From Brevundimonas sp. (GTDB taxonomy: Bacteria > Pseudomonadota > Alphaproteobacteria > Caulobacterales > Caulobacteraceae), in the NCBI RefSeq assembly GCF_036676055.1, contig NZ_JAKFDS010000004.1, forward strand, positions 6,094-70,093: a DNA stretch of 64,000 nucleotides, in the 5' to 3' direction. The position numbers and the translations under genes are program-made. Below, piece by piece: positions 53,401-64,000 of this stretch (its first letter is position 1; the number at the start of each line of letters is the position of its first letter). The notes beneath the pieces were generated by a model, which had not been told where the DNA came from, did not search any database, and saw nothing but the letters and a program-made list of their open reading frames with translations.

Positions 53401-56400
53401 ATGCAGTTTCAGCGCCTTCGGCTCGTCGGTTTCAAGTCCTTCGTCGATCCCGCCGAGGTGCATATCGAGCCGGGCCTGACCGGCGTGGTCGGCCCCAACG
53501 GCTGCGGCAAGTCCAATGTGCTGGAGAGCCTCCGCTGGGTCATGGGGGCGAATTCGGCCAAGGCCATGCGGGGTCAGGGCATGGACGACGTCATCTTCGC
53601 CGGCGCCGCCAACCGCCCGCCGCGAAGTCACGCCGAAGTCTCGCTGACCATCGACAACGCCCAGCGCAGGGCGCCGCAGCCCTTCACCGACAGCGCTATC
53701 ATCGAGGTCTCGCGCCGCATCGACCGGGGCCAGGGCTCGACCTACCGGATCAACGGCAAGGAGGTGCGGGCGCGGGACGTGCAGCTGCTGTTCGCCGACG
53801 CCTCGACCGGCGCCAACTCCCCGGCCCTCGTCCGTCAGGGACAGATCAGCGAGCTGATCGCCGCCAAGCCCCAGAACCGCCGCCGCATCCTCGAGGAGGC
53901 GGGCGGCGTCGCCGGCCTGCACACCCGGCGGCACGAGGCCGAACTGAGGCTAAAGGCGGCCGAGACCAATCTGGAGCGGCTGGACGACATCGGCCGCGAG
54001 CTGGAGACGACGCTGACGCGGCTGAAGCGCGAGGCGCGGCAGGCAGAGAAGTACAAGAAAATCTCGGCCGAGATCCGCGCCCTGCAGGCGGCCCTGCTGT
54101 TCGTGCGCTGGAACGACGCCCGGGCGGCGGCGGCGGCGGCGGCGAAGGAGTTGGCCGAGGCCGACCGGGCGGTGCTGGAGGCGACGACCGCCTCCGGTCG
54201 GGCCCAGACGGCCTCATTGAACGCCCAGGACGCGCTCAAACCCGCGCGCGAGGAAGACGCCGTGGCCGGGGCCTTGCTGCACCGCGCCTCGCTGGAACGC
54301 GATCGGCTGGACATGGCGGAGCAGGCGGCGCGGGCCGAGGTCGAGCGACTGACGGCCGAGGCCGCGCGCATCGCCGCCGACATCGAACGCGAGATCGCCA
54401 TGGCCGGGGACGCCGAAAGCGAGCTCACGCGGCTGGGCGAGGCGCTGGAGGCCGTACAGGCCGAAATGGCCGCCGCCCCCGCGCGCGGACCGGAGCTGGA
54501 GACGGCTTTGGCCGCCGCAGAGGACGCCCGCAAGGCGGCCGACGCCGAAGTTGAACGGGTCGCCGGAGCGGTGGCCGCCGTAGAGGCGCGGGTTTCCGCC
54601 GAGACCGCCCGCAAACGCGACGCCGAGGCGCGGGTCGCCCGGGCGGAGGCGCAGCTCTCCTCCGCGAAAGGGGAGCGCGACGCCCTGGGGCCGCTGGAAT
54701 CGCCGGAAATCGAGGCCGCGAAGGCGGCGCTGAACCAGGCGGAGGCGCAGCTGGCGGCGGCGCGAGCGGGCGTCGAGGCGGCGGAGACGGAGCGCGGCGA
54801 CACGGCCCGCGCCGAGCAAGAGGCGCGGCAGGCGGCGCGGTTGGCCGAGGATCGGCTGGGCCGGCTCCAGACGGAAGCGCGCGGCCTCGCCCAGTTGCTG
54901 GTGCAAGGCAAGCGCGAGCATCCGCCGGCGCTGGACCGGGTCCAGGCCGAAAAGGGCTATGAGGCCGCGCTGGCAGCGGCGCTGGGCGACGATCTGGACG
55001 CGGCGCTTGACGCCCGGGCGGCGGCCTACTGGTCGGGGGCGAAGGTCCCCTCTCCGTCATGGCCGGACGGAGTGGAGCCGCTGATCGACCATGTCTCGGC
55101 CCCCGAACAGCTGGAAGCCCGTCTGGCGCTGTGCGGCGTGGCGGGACGCAGCGGGATCGAGGCCTTGGCGGGCGCATTGCCCGTCGGGGCGAGGCTGGTC
55201 ACCCGGGAAGGCGACCTGTGGCGCTGGGACGGTTTTGTGCAAAGGGCCGAGGCCCCGCGCCCGGCGGCGGTGCGGCTGGCCCAGCGAACCCGGCTGGCGG
55301 AGCTGGAAGCGGAGATCGACGAGGGCAAGCCGGCGCTGGAGGCGGCGCAGGCCGCACTGAAGGCGGCGACCGAGGCCTTCCGCGCCTCGGAAGAGGCCGT
55401 GAAGGCCGCGCGCGCCGCGCCCTTCCCGCTGGACAAGGCCGTGACGGCGGCGCGCGACGAGGTCGAGGCCCTGGGTCGTGAGCAGGCGCGCCGGGAGGCC
55501 CGGGCCCAGGCGCTGGACGAAAGTCTGGCGCGACTGACAGCCGAGGTCGAGGCGGCGCGGGAGGCGCTGACCGAAGCCGAAGGGGTCGAGGCGCCGTCCG
55601 AGACGCTTGAGGCCCTGCGCGCCGAACTGACGGCGGCGCGGTCGGCGGCGGACGCAGCGCGCGGCGGGGCGGCGACGGCCCGGGTGGAGCGCGACGCCGA
55701 GGCTCGGGAGGTCGCCGGACGGCAGGTTCGACTGGACGGGTTGAATCGGGAACGCGACGGCTGGACCGCACGGGCGAAGGACTCGAAGGCGCGGATCGGG
55801 GCGCTGGGGAAGGACGCGGAGAAGACGGCCGCGCGGCTGAAGGCGGCCTCGGACGCGCCGGAGCAGCTGGCGGCCCAGCGGTCATCGCTGCTGGACGCCC
55901 TGACGGCTGCCGAGACCCGGCGCAAAGCGGCGGCCGACGCCCTGGCGATGGCCGAGGGTCAGGCGGCCGAGGCCGACCGGGCCGCGCGGGCGGCGGAGGC
56001 GGCGGCCTCTTCGGCGCGCGAGGCCCGGGCCGGACTGGCGGCGAGGGCGGAGGCGGCGACCGAGAAGATGGCGGAGACCGAGGCCAATCTCCGCGAGACG
56101 GCCCAGATGTCGCCGGAGGAGCTGGGCCAGAAGCTGACCGACGACGCCATCGCCCGCCCGCCTGACGCCGCCGGCGCCGAGAGCCTGCTGTACGGTCTGG
56201 AGCGCGAACGCGAGGCGCTGGGCGCGGTCAATCTGCTGGCCGAGGAAGAGGCCAATGAGTACGGCGACCGGCTGCAGACCATGAAGGTCGAGCGCTCCGA
56301 CCTGACGAACGCCATCGCCCGGCTTAGGGACGGCATCGACGAACTGAACGCGGAAGGCCGCGAGCGGCTGCTGGCGGCGTTCGACATCATCAACGACAAC

Positions 56401-56841
56401 TTCAAGACCCTGTTCGAGGCGCTCTTCGGCGGCGGCCAGGCGGAGCTGAAGCTGGTCGAGAGCGATGATCCGCTGGAGGCGGGCCTCGAGATCTACGCCT
56501 GCCCGCCCGGCAAGCGTCTGTCGGTGATGAGCCTGATGTCGGGCGGCGAGCAGGCGCTGACGGCGGCGGCGCTGATCTTCGCCGTCTTCCTCGCCAATCC
56601 GGCGCCGGTCTGTGTGCTCGACGAGGTCGACGCGCCGCTGGACGACGCCAACGTCGACCGTTTCTGCCGCATGCTGGATGAGATGCGAAAGCGTACCGAC
56701 ACCCGCTTCATTGTCATCACCCATAACCCGGTGACCATGAGCCGGATGGACCGGCTGTACGGCGTCACCATGCCGGAACGGGGGGTGAGCCAGCTGGTCA
56801 GCGTCGACCTGAGCCAGGCCGAAGAGATCGTGGCGGCCTAG
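53401..56841 (+). CDS. smc: Chromosome segregation protein SMC
   Basis: The 1146-aa protein has a Walker A motif (GPNGCGKSN), long Ala/Glu/Arg-rich coiled coils, a signature motif ([10 protein letters not shown]) and Walker B ([10 protein letters not shown]). Confidence 0.95.
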   Translation: MQFQRLRLVGFKSFVDPAEVHIEPGLTGVVGPNGCGKSNVLESLRWVMGANSAKAMRGQGMDDVIFAGAANRPPRSHAEVSLTIDNAQRRAPQPFTDSAIIEVSRRIDRGQGSTYRINGKEVRARDVQLLFADASTGANSPALVRQGQISELIAAKPQNRRRILEEAGGVAGLHTRRHEAELRLKAAETNLERLDDIGRELETTLTRLKREARQAEKYKKISAEIRALQAALLFVRWNDARAAAAAAAKELAEADRAVLEATTASGRAQTASLNAQDALKPAREEDAVAGALLHRASLERDRLDMAEQAARAEVERLTAEAARIAADIEREIAMAGDAESELTRLGEALEAVQAEMAAAPARGPELETALAAAEDARKAADAEVERVAGAVAAVEARVSAETARKRDAEARVARAEAQLSSAKGERDALGPLESPEIEAAKAALNQAEAQLAAARAGVEAAETERGDTARAEQEARQAARLAEDRLGRLQTEARGLAQLLVQGKREHPPALDRVQAEKGYEAALAAALGDDLDAALDARAAAYWSGAKVPSPSWPDGVEPLIDHVSAPEQLEARLALCGVAGRSGIEALAGALPVGARLVTREGDLWRWDGFVQRAEAPRPAAVRLAQRTRLAELEAEIDEGKPALEAAQAALKAATEAFRASEEAVKAARAAPFPLDKAVTAARDEVEALGREQARREARAQALDESLARLTAEVEAAREALTEAEGVEAPSETLEALRAELTAARSAADAARGGAATARVERDAEAREVAGRQVRLDGLNRERDGWTARAKDSKARIGALGKDAEKTAARLKAASDAPEQLAAQRSSLLDALTAAETRRKAAADALAMAEGQAAEADRAARAAEAAASSAREARAGLAARAEAATEKMAETEANLRETAQMSPEELGQKLTDDAIARPPDAAGAESLLYGLEREREALGAVNLLAEEEANEYGDRLQTMKVERSDLTNAIARLRDGIDELNAEGRERLLAAFDIINDNFKTLFEALFGGGQAELKLVESDDPLEAGLEIYACPPGKRLSVMSLMSGGEQALTAAALIFAVFLANPAPVCVLDEVDAPLDDANVDRFCRMLDEMRKRTDTRFIVITHNPVTMSRMDRLYGVTMPERGVSQLVSVDLSQAEEIVAA

Positions 56842-57305
56842 GCGGCGCCCGACTTGCGGCTGAAGTGGAAGCCCATGATGTGGAAGCCCTCGCGGAAATA
56901 GAAGCGGTGGGCGCGGTCGCGGTGTACGGCGGAGTGCAGGGTGGTGGTCGGGCAGCCGAGCGCCAGGGCTCGGGCGTCGAACCAGCTCAGCAGGGTCGCG
57001 CCATAGCCGCGCGACCGGTGGGCCTCGCTGGAAACCAGATCCTCGATCTCGAGACGGCGACCGCAATAGGTCGTCTCGAAAACCCGCCACAGGCCGATGG
57101 CCCGCACCTCGTCCTCGTCGACCAGCTGAACCAGACGCGCGCCCTCGGCGAACATCCGCTCGATCTGGGCCGGATAGTCGGCGTCCAGCGCGGGACGCAG
57201 CTGACGATGCAGGGCTTCGCCTTCCAGCAGCAGCGGCCGGCGAACGACGGGGTCATCCACGGACAGAGGGTGAGAGGTGCGGAAGTCGAGGCGGTCGAAG
57301 GACAT
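56838..57305 (-). CDS. GNAT family N-acetyltransferase
   Basis: It has an acetyl-CoA site ([11 protein letters not shown]). Confidence 0.7.
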   Translation of the reverse strand: MSFDRLDFRTSHPLSVDDPVVRRPLLLEGEALHRQLRPALDADYPAQIERMFAEGARLVQLVDEDEVRAIGLWRVFETTYCGRRLEIEDLVSSEAHRSRGYGATLLSWFDARALALGCPTTTLHSAVHRDRAHRFYFREGFHIMGFHFSRKSGAA

Positions 57306-57336
57306 CGGCCAAGCTTGAGGCGGACCCGCGCCGCTT

Positions 57337-58059
57337 TCAACCCTGCCCCAGCACCTCGTGCCGGACGAACAGGCCGAAGATTGCGGGGCCCTCGATGACG
57401 TAGCGGCGGAACATGCGGCGGGGCTGGGTCATCAGCCGGTGCAGCCATTCCAGCGACAGGGCCTGATACAGGCGTGGCGCACGCTGCTGGCGGCCGGTCA
57501 GGAAGTCGACGGAGGCGCCGACGCACAGGGCCGCGCCGGTCTTGCGGCCTGCGGCGCGCAGGGCGTGGGCGAAGCGCTCCTGTTTCGGGAAGGAGACGCA
57601 GGCCAGCAGCACATCCCACTCGGCCCGGGCCGCCTCATCCACGGCCGAGACCCAGACGCCGGTTCCGGGCGTCAGGCCCATCGGGGCGTCGATGAAGGTG
57701 AAGCGTCGGCGCGGAAAGCGGGCCGTGAGATCGTCGAAGGCGGCGCGGTCGGGGCCGAACACCCCGATGGTCAGATCGTGGTCCGAGGCCAGCAGATCGG
57801 CGGTCATGTCCGAGCCGGGATAAACCGCCAGCGCCTTGCCGCGCAGCCGCGCCAGATGGGCGAGGATGCGGCTGTCGCAGATCTTGAGGTCTGCGCCCTC
57901 ATAGACCGCGGCCTCGACACGACCGTCCATCAGCTTGATGACATGATCGACGTTGGGCGTAACCACGTAGCCGTAGGGCCCGCGCGCCATCGCCGCCACG
58001 CGAGCCAGCAGGGCCGGGCGATCGCCGTCGGCGAAGTCGAGCGTCATGAAGCGCGTCAT
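57337..58059 (-). CDS. WecB/TagA/CpsF family glycosyltransferase
   Basis: The core VVTPNVDHVI...CDSRIL...FPKQERF is typical of the Glyco_tran_WecG family. Confidence 0.75.
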   Translation of the reverse strand: MTRFMTLDFADGDRPALLARVAAMARGPYGYVVTPNVDHVIKLMDGRVEAAVYEGADLKICDSRILAHLARLRGKALAVYPGSDMTADLLASDHDLTIGVFGPDRAAFDDLTARFPRRRFTFIDAPMGLTPGTGVWVSAVDEAARAEWDVLLACVSFPKQERFAHALRAAGRKTGAALCVGASVDFLTGRQQRAPRLYQALSLEWLHRLMTQPRRMFRRYVIEGPAIFGLFVRHEVLGQG

Positions 58060-58093
58060 GGCGGCAGCCTAGACGCGGCCCGTCAACACCCGG

Positions 58094-59212
58094 TTACGAT
58101 CTGTCCGACGATCGGGCCGGTTCGAGCGAGGCGTTGAGCTGCCGGTCCCGCGGCAGGGCCTCAGGGCATTCGTCCCGCATGAAGGCCAGCATCTTTTCGC
58201 GGATTTCGCAGCGCAGGTCGAAGGCCGCCGGGGCATTACGGGCGCTCGCCAGGCAGCGCACCTGGACGACCCGGTCGGTGATGTCTGTGACCTGCAGGCT
58301 GACCACATCGCCGTCCCACAGCGGGCTGTCGCGGCATATGCGCTCAAGCTCGGCCCGCAGCCGCTCCATCGGGGCGGCGTAGTCGACATACAGAAAGGCC
58401 GTGCCGATCAGCCGCGCCGTCTCTCGCGTCCAGTTCTGGAACGGCTTCTGGATGAAATAGGTCAGCGGCAGAATCATCCGCCGCCAGTCCCACAGCTTGA
58501 CCACCACATAGGTCGAGGTGATCTCCTCGATCACGCCCCACTCGCCCTCGACGATGACGGCGTCGTCCAGCCGGATTGGCTGGTCGGTGGCGATCTGCAC
58601 GCCGGCGATCATATTGGTCAGCAAGGGCTGCAGGGCGAAACCGGCGATGATGCCGACGACGCCGGCCGAGGCCAGCAGGCTCATGCCCCACTGCCGCACT
58701 TCCGCAATGGTCAGCAGCGCCAGCCCGAGGGTGATCACGGCGATCAGCAACGCCGCCACCCGCTGCAGGATGCGCGTCTGGGTGATGTGTTTGCGGGCGA
58801 CCAGGTTGTCTTCCGCCTCCATGTTGAAGCGGCGCAGATAGACGATCGCCCACATGTCAGAGGCGCCGATCAGCATCCAGCCGAGGGTCAGGATCAACAG
58901 GAAGACCAGCGCCTGCCGGATGAACTCCGAGGGCGCGGGGTCGAGCGGCGAAACTGTGACGGCCAAGGCCAAGGCGACGATCATGACCGCGATCCGAACC
59001 TTCAGGCGCGCGCGCCCCACCACCCCGCGCCAGAACACGTCGCGTTTCCGCACCGCCAGCTTGAGCAGGGCGAAAATGATCTGGTTCGCCGCCCATCCCG
59101 CGAAGACGAAGCCGACCACAAGGATGGCCACCACCGCCCATTCCGGCAGCCACCAGAACTCGCGCCAGAGGCGGAAGATTTCACGGGTCATGTCGGTGAC
59201 GAAGGGGGGCAT
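58094..59212 (-). CDS. Mechanosensitive ion channel (MscS family)
   Basis: It has N-terminal TM helices and an MscS beta-domain motif (GVQIATDQPIRLDDAVIVEGEWGVIEEI). Confidence 0.8.
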   Translation of the reverse strand: MPPFVTDMTREIFRLWREFWWLPEWAVVAILVVGFVFAGWAANQIIFALLKLAVRKRDVFWRGVVGRARLKVRIAVMIVALALAVTVSPLDPAPSEFIRQALVFLLILTLGWMLIGASDMWAIVYLRRFNMEAEDNLVARKHITQTRILQRVAALLIAVITLGLALLTIAEVRQWGMSLLASAGVVGIIAGFALQPLLTNMIAGVQIATDQPIRLDDAVIVEGEWGVIEEITSTYVVVKLWDWRRMILPLTYFIQKPFQNWTRETARLIGTAFLYVDYAAPMERLRAELERICRDSPLWDGDVVSLQVTDITDRVVQVRCLASARNAPAAFDLRCEIREKMLAFMRDECPEALPRDRQLNASLEPARSSDRS

Positions 59213-59322
59213 GGATCCTATCAGGCGCGACGGGCCGTCCTGACCATAATCAAATTGGCGACTGAGGTTTGCATAACGGCGCTTTCCGCGGATAGTGCGT
59301 CGGGAATCGGAGGGATTGTTCC

Positions 59323-59811
59323 GTGAATACAGTACTTAAGATTGCAGCCGTGAGTGCGCTCCTGTTTGCCGCGACGCCGGCTCCAGCGCAGGAGGCCGTG
59401 GCGGGGCTGGACGGTCCGATGCGACAGGTGTTCGCCGCCCCGGCGGTCGCCGGCTACATGACCGCGCCGACCGACGACGGCGCGTTGAGGCGAACCTGGA
59501 CCTGGCTGTTCCTGAAGGACGCCATTCCCAGCGGCGCCGACACCCTGGCGCTGGAGTGGGAGATCGACTGCGCCGCACGGACGGCGCGGACCGTCCACAC
59601 CGTCCTCTATACGGGCGACACCCACCTGAAGACCGACGGGGGGCCCGCCGATCGATCAGCGCCGCCCGCAGGCTCGCCGGGCGCGATCACCTTGGAAGCC
59701 GCCTGCGCTCCGGCCGAGCGGGCCCGCACCATGCCGGTCGCCAACGCCGCCGCCGCGCGCGCCGCCGCCAATGCCCTGTTCGCCAACCCCGCGCCAGCGG
59801 CGCGACGATAA
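59323..59811 (+). CDS. Secreted hypothetical protein
   Basis: It has a signal peptide (ALLFAATPAPA/QE) and codon bias, but I recognise no family. Confidence 0.5.
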   Translation: MNTVLKIAAVSALLFAATPAPAQEAVAGLDGPMRQVFAAPAVAGYMTAPTDDGALRRTWTWLFLKDAIPSGADTLALEWEIDCAARTARTVHTVLYTGDTHLKTDGGPADRSAPPAGSPGAITLEAACAPAERARTMPVANAAAARAAANALFANPAPAARR

Positions 59812-59813
59812 GT

Positions 59814-60908
59814 TCAGACGGCAGGGCGGGCCGCCGCCTCGACCATGTCAGCCAGCGAGCCGGTCGCGTCGGGCAGGGCCGCCGCCCGGGCGCCCCGGCT
59901 CATGGCCTCCAGCCGCGCCGGGTCGCCCAGGATGGCCGCCAGGCGAGCCGTCAGTCGGTCGACGGTAACATCGTCCTCGCGCATCACCTCGGCGCCCCCC
60001 GCATCGGCGAGGGCGGCGGCGTTGAAGGTCTGGTGATTGTCCATGGCGATCTTCAGAGGGATCAGCAGCGACGGCAGGCCGGCGACGGCCAGTTCGGAAC
60101 AGGTCGAGGCCCCGGCCCGACCGATGACCAGATGCGCCGCCGATAGCCGCTGCGCCATGTCGCGGAAGAAGGGGGCGACCTCGGCGTCGATAGCCGCGTC
60201 CAGATAGATCTGGCGCGCCGCTTCCAGCGTCTCGGGCCGCGACTGCTGCTGCACCTTCAGCCGCGACCGGATCGCCTCCGGCAGGGCCGCCAGCGCCCGC
60301 GGCGCGGTTTCGGACAGGATGCGTGCGCCTTGGCTGCCGCCGGTGACGAGGACGCGGATCGGTTCGCCGGACGCCGGGGCCTTGAACGGCCGGTCGTACA
60401 GGGCGCGGATGTCGGGGCGGACCGGATTGCCGATCAGGGTCACGCGGGCCCCGACGCCCTGTGGGACCTTCTGCAAGTTGGGAAAGGACGAGGCGACCGC
60501 CCCGACGTAGGGAGCGAGCCAGCGGTTGGTGCGGCCCAGCACTGCGTTCTGCTCGTGCAGCAGGGTCGGGCAGCCCTGGCTCAACGCCGCCAGCAGGGCC
60601 GGCGCGGAAGGGTAGCCGCCGAAACCGACCACCACTGCCGCGTCCAGCCGCTTCAGCGCCCGGCGGGCCTGGGTCACGCCGCGCACGATAGTCAGCCCGG
60701 CCCTTGCCAGCCCGATCGGGCCGCGCCCGGTGGCGGCGTCCAGCGCGATCCGCTCCTCGGCCGGGAAGGCGTGGGCGTACTGCTCGCCACGATGATCGGT
60801 GGCCAGAACGATACGCCAGCCGCGCGAGGCCAGTTCCCGGGCCAGGGCCTCGGCGGGGAACATGTGCCCGCCGGTGCCCCCGGCGGCGACGACACAGACT
60901 TTGGACAT
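59814..60908 (-). CDS. murG: UDP-N-acetylglucosamine--N-acetylmuramyl-(pentapeptide) pyrophosphoryl-undecaprenol GlcNAc transferase
   Basis: It has AAGGTGGHMFPA and lies in dcw-cluster context. Confidence 0.95.
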   Translation of the reverse strand: MSKVCVVAAGGTGGHMFPAEALARELASRGWRIVLATDHRGEQYAHAFPAEERIALDAATGRGPIGLARAGLTIVRGVTQARRALKRLDAAVVVGFGGYPSAPALLAALSQGCPTLLHEQNAVLGRTNRWLAPYVGAVASSFPNLQKVPQGVGARVTLIGNPVRPDIRALYDRPFKAPASGEPIRVLVTGGSQGARILSETAPRALAALPEAIRSRLKVQQQSRPETLEAARQIYLDAAIDAEVAPFFRDMAQRLSAAHLVIGRAGASTCSELAVAGLPSLLIPLKIAMDNHQTFNAAALADAGGAEVMREDDVTVDRLTARLAAILGDPARLEAMSRGARAAALPDATGSLADMVEAAARPAV

Positions 60909-60917
60909 GGCGCGCTC

Positions 60918-62096
60918 CTAGGGAAGGATTCGCCGCCGCTGCGGCAGGCTGGCGCCCGGCTCATAGGCGCCCGGACGGCGGCGGGTCAGGGCCAGGGCGA
61001 GCCCCATGGTCAGCCCCATGGCCAGCATCGACGATCCGCCGTAGCTGATGAAGGGCAGGGTCATCCCCTTGGTCGGGATCAGGTTCAGGTTGACCGCGAT
61101 ATTGATGCAGGCCTGAAGGCCGATCAGCATGAACAGGCCGGCGGCGGCGGTCTGCTCGTAGGGGTCGTTCAGCTTCATCGCCCGCTTCATGCCGCGCACG
61201 ACGATGAAGGCGTAGAGGCCGATCATGGCCAGCGACAGGATCAGGCCGAACTCCTCGGCCCCGACGGAATAGATGAAGTCGGTGTGCAGGTCGGGGACGT
61301 GGCGTTTCATCACCCCTTCGCCCACCCCGCGTCCGACCAGGCCGCCGGCGCGGATGGCCTCGGAGGCGCGGTCGATCTGGTGGGTGTCGGTGTTCTCGGG
61401 CGAAAGGAAGCGGCTGAGGCGGTCGCGCATGTGGCCGAAGGCGAAATACAGCGAAACCAGCCCGGCCATGCCGGCGGCGGCGATCACCGCCACCCATTTT
61501 AGCGGCACGCCCGCCATGAAGAAGACGGCCATGAAGGTGGTGGTGACCAGCAGCGTCTGGCCGATGTCCGGCTGGATCAGCAGCAGGCCGACGGTCAGCG
61601 CCCAGAATCCGAAGGCGATGCTGACGCCCGGCACCCCCTGCCCTTTCTGCGCCTCGGCGAACATCCAGGCGGCGAAAACGATCAGGCCGGGCTTGGCGAA
61701 CTCCGACGGCTGCAGACTGAAGGGCCCGAGGTTGATCCAGCGGGCGGCCCCCTTCACCTCATCGCCGATGAACGGCAGGGCCATCATGGCGACGATGGCC
61801 CCAAGCAGGGCCAGCACCGCGATGCGCCTGACCCCCCGGGGGGACAGCAGCGAGCTGGCCAGCATCATCACCAGCGCCATCGAAGCCCAGACCAGCATCC
61901 GCCACGAATAGTGGAAGGGGTCCGAGATCGACTGGTCGGCATTGATGGCCGCCGGGCTGGAGGCGAAGCTCAGGGCCACGCCCAGCGCCATCAGCGTCAG
62001 CGCCGCCGCCAGCAGGCCGCGGTCGACCGTCCAGAACCATTTGGCGATCGGGCTCTGGTCGTTGCGGGAAAAGGCGGGGCTGTAGCTGTCGGTCAT
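60918..62096 (-). CDS. ftsW: Cell division protein FtsW (SEDS family)
   Basis: The protein is polytopic, has the SEDS motifs PSEFAKP and TDFIYSVGAEEFG, and lies between murD and murG. Confidence 0.9.
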   Translation of the reverse strand: MTDSYSPAFSRNDQSPIAKWFWTVDRGLLAAALTLMALGVALSFASSPAAINADQSISDPFHYSWRMLVWASMALVMMLASSLLSPRGVRRIAVLALLGAIVAMMALPFIGDEVKGAARWINLGPFSLQPSEFAKPGLIVFAAWMFAEAQKGQGVPGVSIAFGFWALTVGLLLIQPDIGQTLLVTTTFMAVFFMAGVPLKWVAVIAAAGMAGLVSLYFAFGHMRDRLSRFLSPENTDTHQIDRASEAIRAGGLVGRGVGEGVMKRHVPDLHTDFIYSVGAEEFGLILSLAMIGLYAFIVVRGMKRAMKLNDPYEQTAAAGLFMLIGLQACINIAVNLNLIPTKGMTLPFISYGGSSMLAMGLTMGLALALTRRRPGAYEPGASLPQRRRILP

Positions 62097-63517
62097 GACG
62101 CGTTCGCCGGGGTGGCGCCGAGAGCGAGGACGGCGGCGCGGAAGGCCTCTCCGCGCGCCTCGAAGTCGGGATACTGGTCGAAGCTGGCGGCGGCGGGCGA
62201 CAGCAGCACCACCTCGTCCCGTCCCGTGGCGGCGGCGGCCTCGGCGGCGGCCTTCACGGCGCCGGCCATGTCGCCGCTGATCCTGTGCGGCGTGTCGCCC
62301 AGGCGCGCGGCGAACGGCCCCGCCGCCTCGCCAATCAGGAAGGCCTCGGCCACCCGGGGGAACAGGTCCTCGAGGTCATCGATGCCGCCCGCCTTGGCCC
62401 GGCCGCCGACGATCCAGTAGCTGCGCTCATAGGACGACAGGGCCTGCCGCGCGGCGTCGGCGTTGGTCGCCTTTGAGTCATTGATGAAACGCACCCGGCC
62501 GAGCGTTCCGACGTGCTCCATCCGGTGGGCGAGGCCGGGGAAGGTGAGGAGGCCTTGGATCGCCGCATCCCGGGAAACGCCGAGGGCGCGGGCGGCGGCA
62601 TAGGCGAAAGCAGCATTCTGGGCGTTGTGGCGGCCCGGAAGCGAGCGTGCGCGCGACAGGTCGCAGATATATTCGCCACGACTGGCCAAGACGCCGTCTA
62701 TCGCGGTGACGGCGCCGGCCTTCTCGAACCCGACCCGCCAGTCGTCCCAGTGATGGTGCTTGTGAGTCGTGATCAGGATCAGGCGATCTTCCCGCCCGAC
62801 CAGGTCTTCGGCGATGTTGAGCCCGAAGGGGTCGTCGATGCCGACCAATGCCATCGCTCCGGGACCCTGCGACTGGAAGATCCGCATCTTGGCGGCGGCG
62901 TAGCCCTCCATGCCGCCATGGCGGTCGAGGTGATCCGGGCTGAGGTTGGTCAGGATGGCCACGTCCGGGGCGAAGGTCGTCGTCAGGTCCAGCTGGTAAC
63001 TCGACACCTCGATCACATAGTTCGCGCCGGGCGTCGGCGCCGGAAGCGCCAGCACGCCGATGCCGATGTTGCCGCCGACATGAACCGTCATGCCCGCCTG
63101 CTTCAGCACCCAGCCGATCAGGGCGGTGGTGGTGGACTTGCCGTTGGTGCCGGTGATGGCCACGATCTTCGGCCGGTCTCCCTCCGGCAGGGCCGCGGCG
63201 ACGCGGGCGAACAGCTCGATGTCGCCGAGGATTTCGATCCCGGCGTCCCGGGCCTTGCCGACCGTCCAGTGCGGCTTCGGATGGGTCAGGGGCGCGCCCG
63301 GGGACAACACCAGCGCCGCGAAACCCGACCAGTCCGCCGATGTCAGGTCTTCGACCGTGAACCCCTCGGCCTCGGCCTGCATGCGGCTGGAGACGCTGTC
63401 GTCCCACAGCACCGGCAAGGCCCCGCCGGCCTTCAGGGCGCGCGCGGCCGTCAGTCCCGACCTGCCGAGGCCGAAGACCGCGATCCGCCGTCCTTCGAAG
63501 CCGGGGACAGGGATCAT
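62093..63517 (-). CDS. murD: UDP-N-acetylmuramoylalanine--D-glutamate ligase
   Basis: It has a Mur ligase P-loop (GTNGKSTT). ATGA coupling links it to ftsW. Confidence 0.95.
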   Translation of the reverse strand: MIPVPGFEGRRIAVFGLGRSGLTAARALKAGGALPVLWDDSVSSRMQAEAEGFTVEDLTSADWSGFAALVLSPGAPLTHPKPHWTVGKARDAGIEILGDIELFARVAAALPEGDRPKIVAITGTNGKSTTTALIGWVLKQAGMTVHVGGNIGIGVLALPAPTPGANYVIEVSSYQLDLTTTFAPDVAILTNLSPDHLDRHGGMEGYAAAKMRIFQSQGPGAMALVGIDDPFGLNIAEDLVGREDRLILITTHKHHHWDDWRVGFEKAGAVTAIDGVLASRGEYICDLSRARSLPGRHNAQNAAFAYAAARALGVSRDAAIQGLLTFPGLAHRMEHVGTLGRVRFINDSKATNADAARQALSSYERSYWIVGGRAKAGGIDDLEDLFPRVAEAFLIGEAAGPFAARLGDTPHRISGDMAGAVKAAAEAAAATGRDEVVLLSPAAASFDQYPDFEARGEAFRAAVLALGATPANAS

Positions 63518-63521
63518 CGCC

Positions 63522-64000
63522 CTATCGCAGCTTCAGGGTGGCAAGGCCGGCCAGGGCCAGCATGGCCGAGACGATCCAGAAGCGGATCACGACGGTCGAT
63601 TCCGGCCAGCCCATCTTCTCGAAATGGTGGTGGATCGGGGCCATCAGGAAGATGCGCTTCCTGGTGGCCTTGAAGTAGGCGACCTGGATCATCACCGAAG
63701 CCGCCTCGATCACGAACAGGCCGCCGACGATGCCCAGCACCAGCTCGTGTTTGGTGGCCACGGCGATGGCGCCGAGCGCGCCGCCGAGGGCCAGCGAGCC
63801 GGTGTCGCCCATGAAGATCTTGGCCGGCGGGGCGTTGTACCAGAGGAAGCCTACGCCCCCGCCGATGATGGCGGCGCAGAAGATCGCCAGCTCGCCCGCG
63901 CCCGGCACATGGTGGACGCCCAGATAGTTCGAGAAGATGAAGTTGCCGACCAGGTAGGTGATGAGACCGAAGGCCGCCGCCGCCATCATCACCGGCACGA
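63522..64000 (-). CDS. mraY: Phospho-N-acetylmuramoyl-pentapeptide transferase, C-terminal part (the 5' end lies beyond the window)
   Basis: The sequence contains [12 protein letters not shown] and PIHHHFE. The frame is open to the window edge. Confidence 0.9.
   Translation of the reverse strand, partial: VPVMMAAAAFGLITYLVGNFIFSNYLGVHHVPGAGELAIFCAAIIGGGVGFLWYNAPPAKIFMGDTGSLALGGALGAIAVATKHELVLGIVGGLFVIEAASVMIQVAYFKATRKRIFLMAPIHHHFEKMGWPESTVVIRFWIVSAMLALAGLATLKLR

Noticed and set aside
56838-56841. A palindromic CTAG that provides the stop codons of both smc (plus) and the convergent GNAT gene (minus)
   Set aside because: It is real but trivial. Convergent 4-nt overlaps at CTAG are common and carry no obvious regulatory meaning.
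53835-57090. Several long Ser/Ala/Arg/Pro-rich ORFs overlapping smc on other frames and on the opposite strand
   Set aside because: They are generated by the GCN/GAG-rich coiled-coil coding sequence of smc. Their composition is extremely biased and they lack start context.

Overview
The window is a 64 kb, very GC-rich (roughly 67-70% by eye) stretch of alphaproteobacterial chromosome. It looks Caulobacterales-like: it carries a CcrM-type GANTC methyltransferase, about 27 kDa Caulobacter-type flagellins, and a sigma-54 promoter with enhancer-like dyads. Most of it is conserved housekeeping. This includes the 3' part of the dcw cluster (mraY-murD-ftsW-murG), smc, mutY, ccrM, ppdK, the prs/rplY/pth/ychF block, recN, bamD, xthA, a cca/NUDIX/DUF1285 operon, ssb, lspA and two CPA2 antiporters. 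It also holds a flagellar locus: a FlaEY-like gene, flagellin, flaG and a second flagellin.

I found no rRNA, tRNA, CRISPR array, IS element or integrase.

The one clearly accessory element is a compact phage-derived six-gene module on the minus strand at 17030-19948. It encodes a DUF2793/glycine-rich tail-fibre-like protein, a 54-aa acidic ORF, a holin-like protein, an M15 endolysin, and an overlapped i-spanin/o-spanin pair. Four consecutive 4-nt start/stop overlaps (ATGA or GTGA) link the first five genes, and the o-spanin start lies inside the i-spanin gene. The module has no capsid, terminase, portal, integrase or repressor genes nearby, and its composition is host-like. My leading hypothesis is a domesticated tail-fibre plus lysis locus serving a gene transfer agent or another phage-derived particle encoded elsewhere in the genome.

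Other observations worth a second look:
- A candidate ~215-nt sRNA or leader upstream of phoH, carrying a CCUCCUCCC anti-SD motif and a strong intrinsic terminator.
- A textbook sigma-54 promoter upstream of one flagellin gene, with three phased CGGCA-N5-TGCCG dyads further upstream.
- A GTTC-N7-GTTC SOS box upstream of ssb.
- A CtrA-box plus GANTC arrangement upstream of ccrM.
- Tandem paralogous four-Cys lipoproteins between prs and rplY.
- Two unusual Cys-rich secreted proteins.
- A short inverted-repeat element downstream of an alpha/beta hydrolase gene.

All family assignments come from reading the translations and from memory of family motifs. No database search was run.
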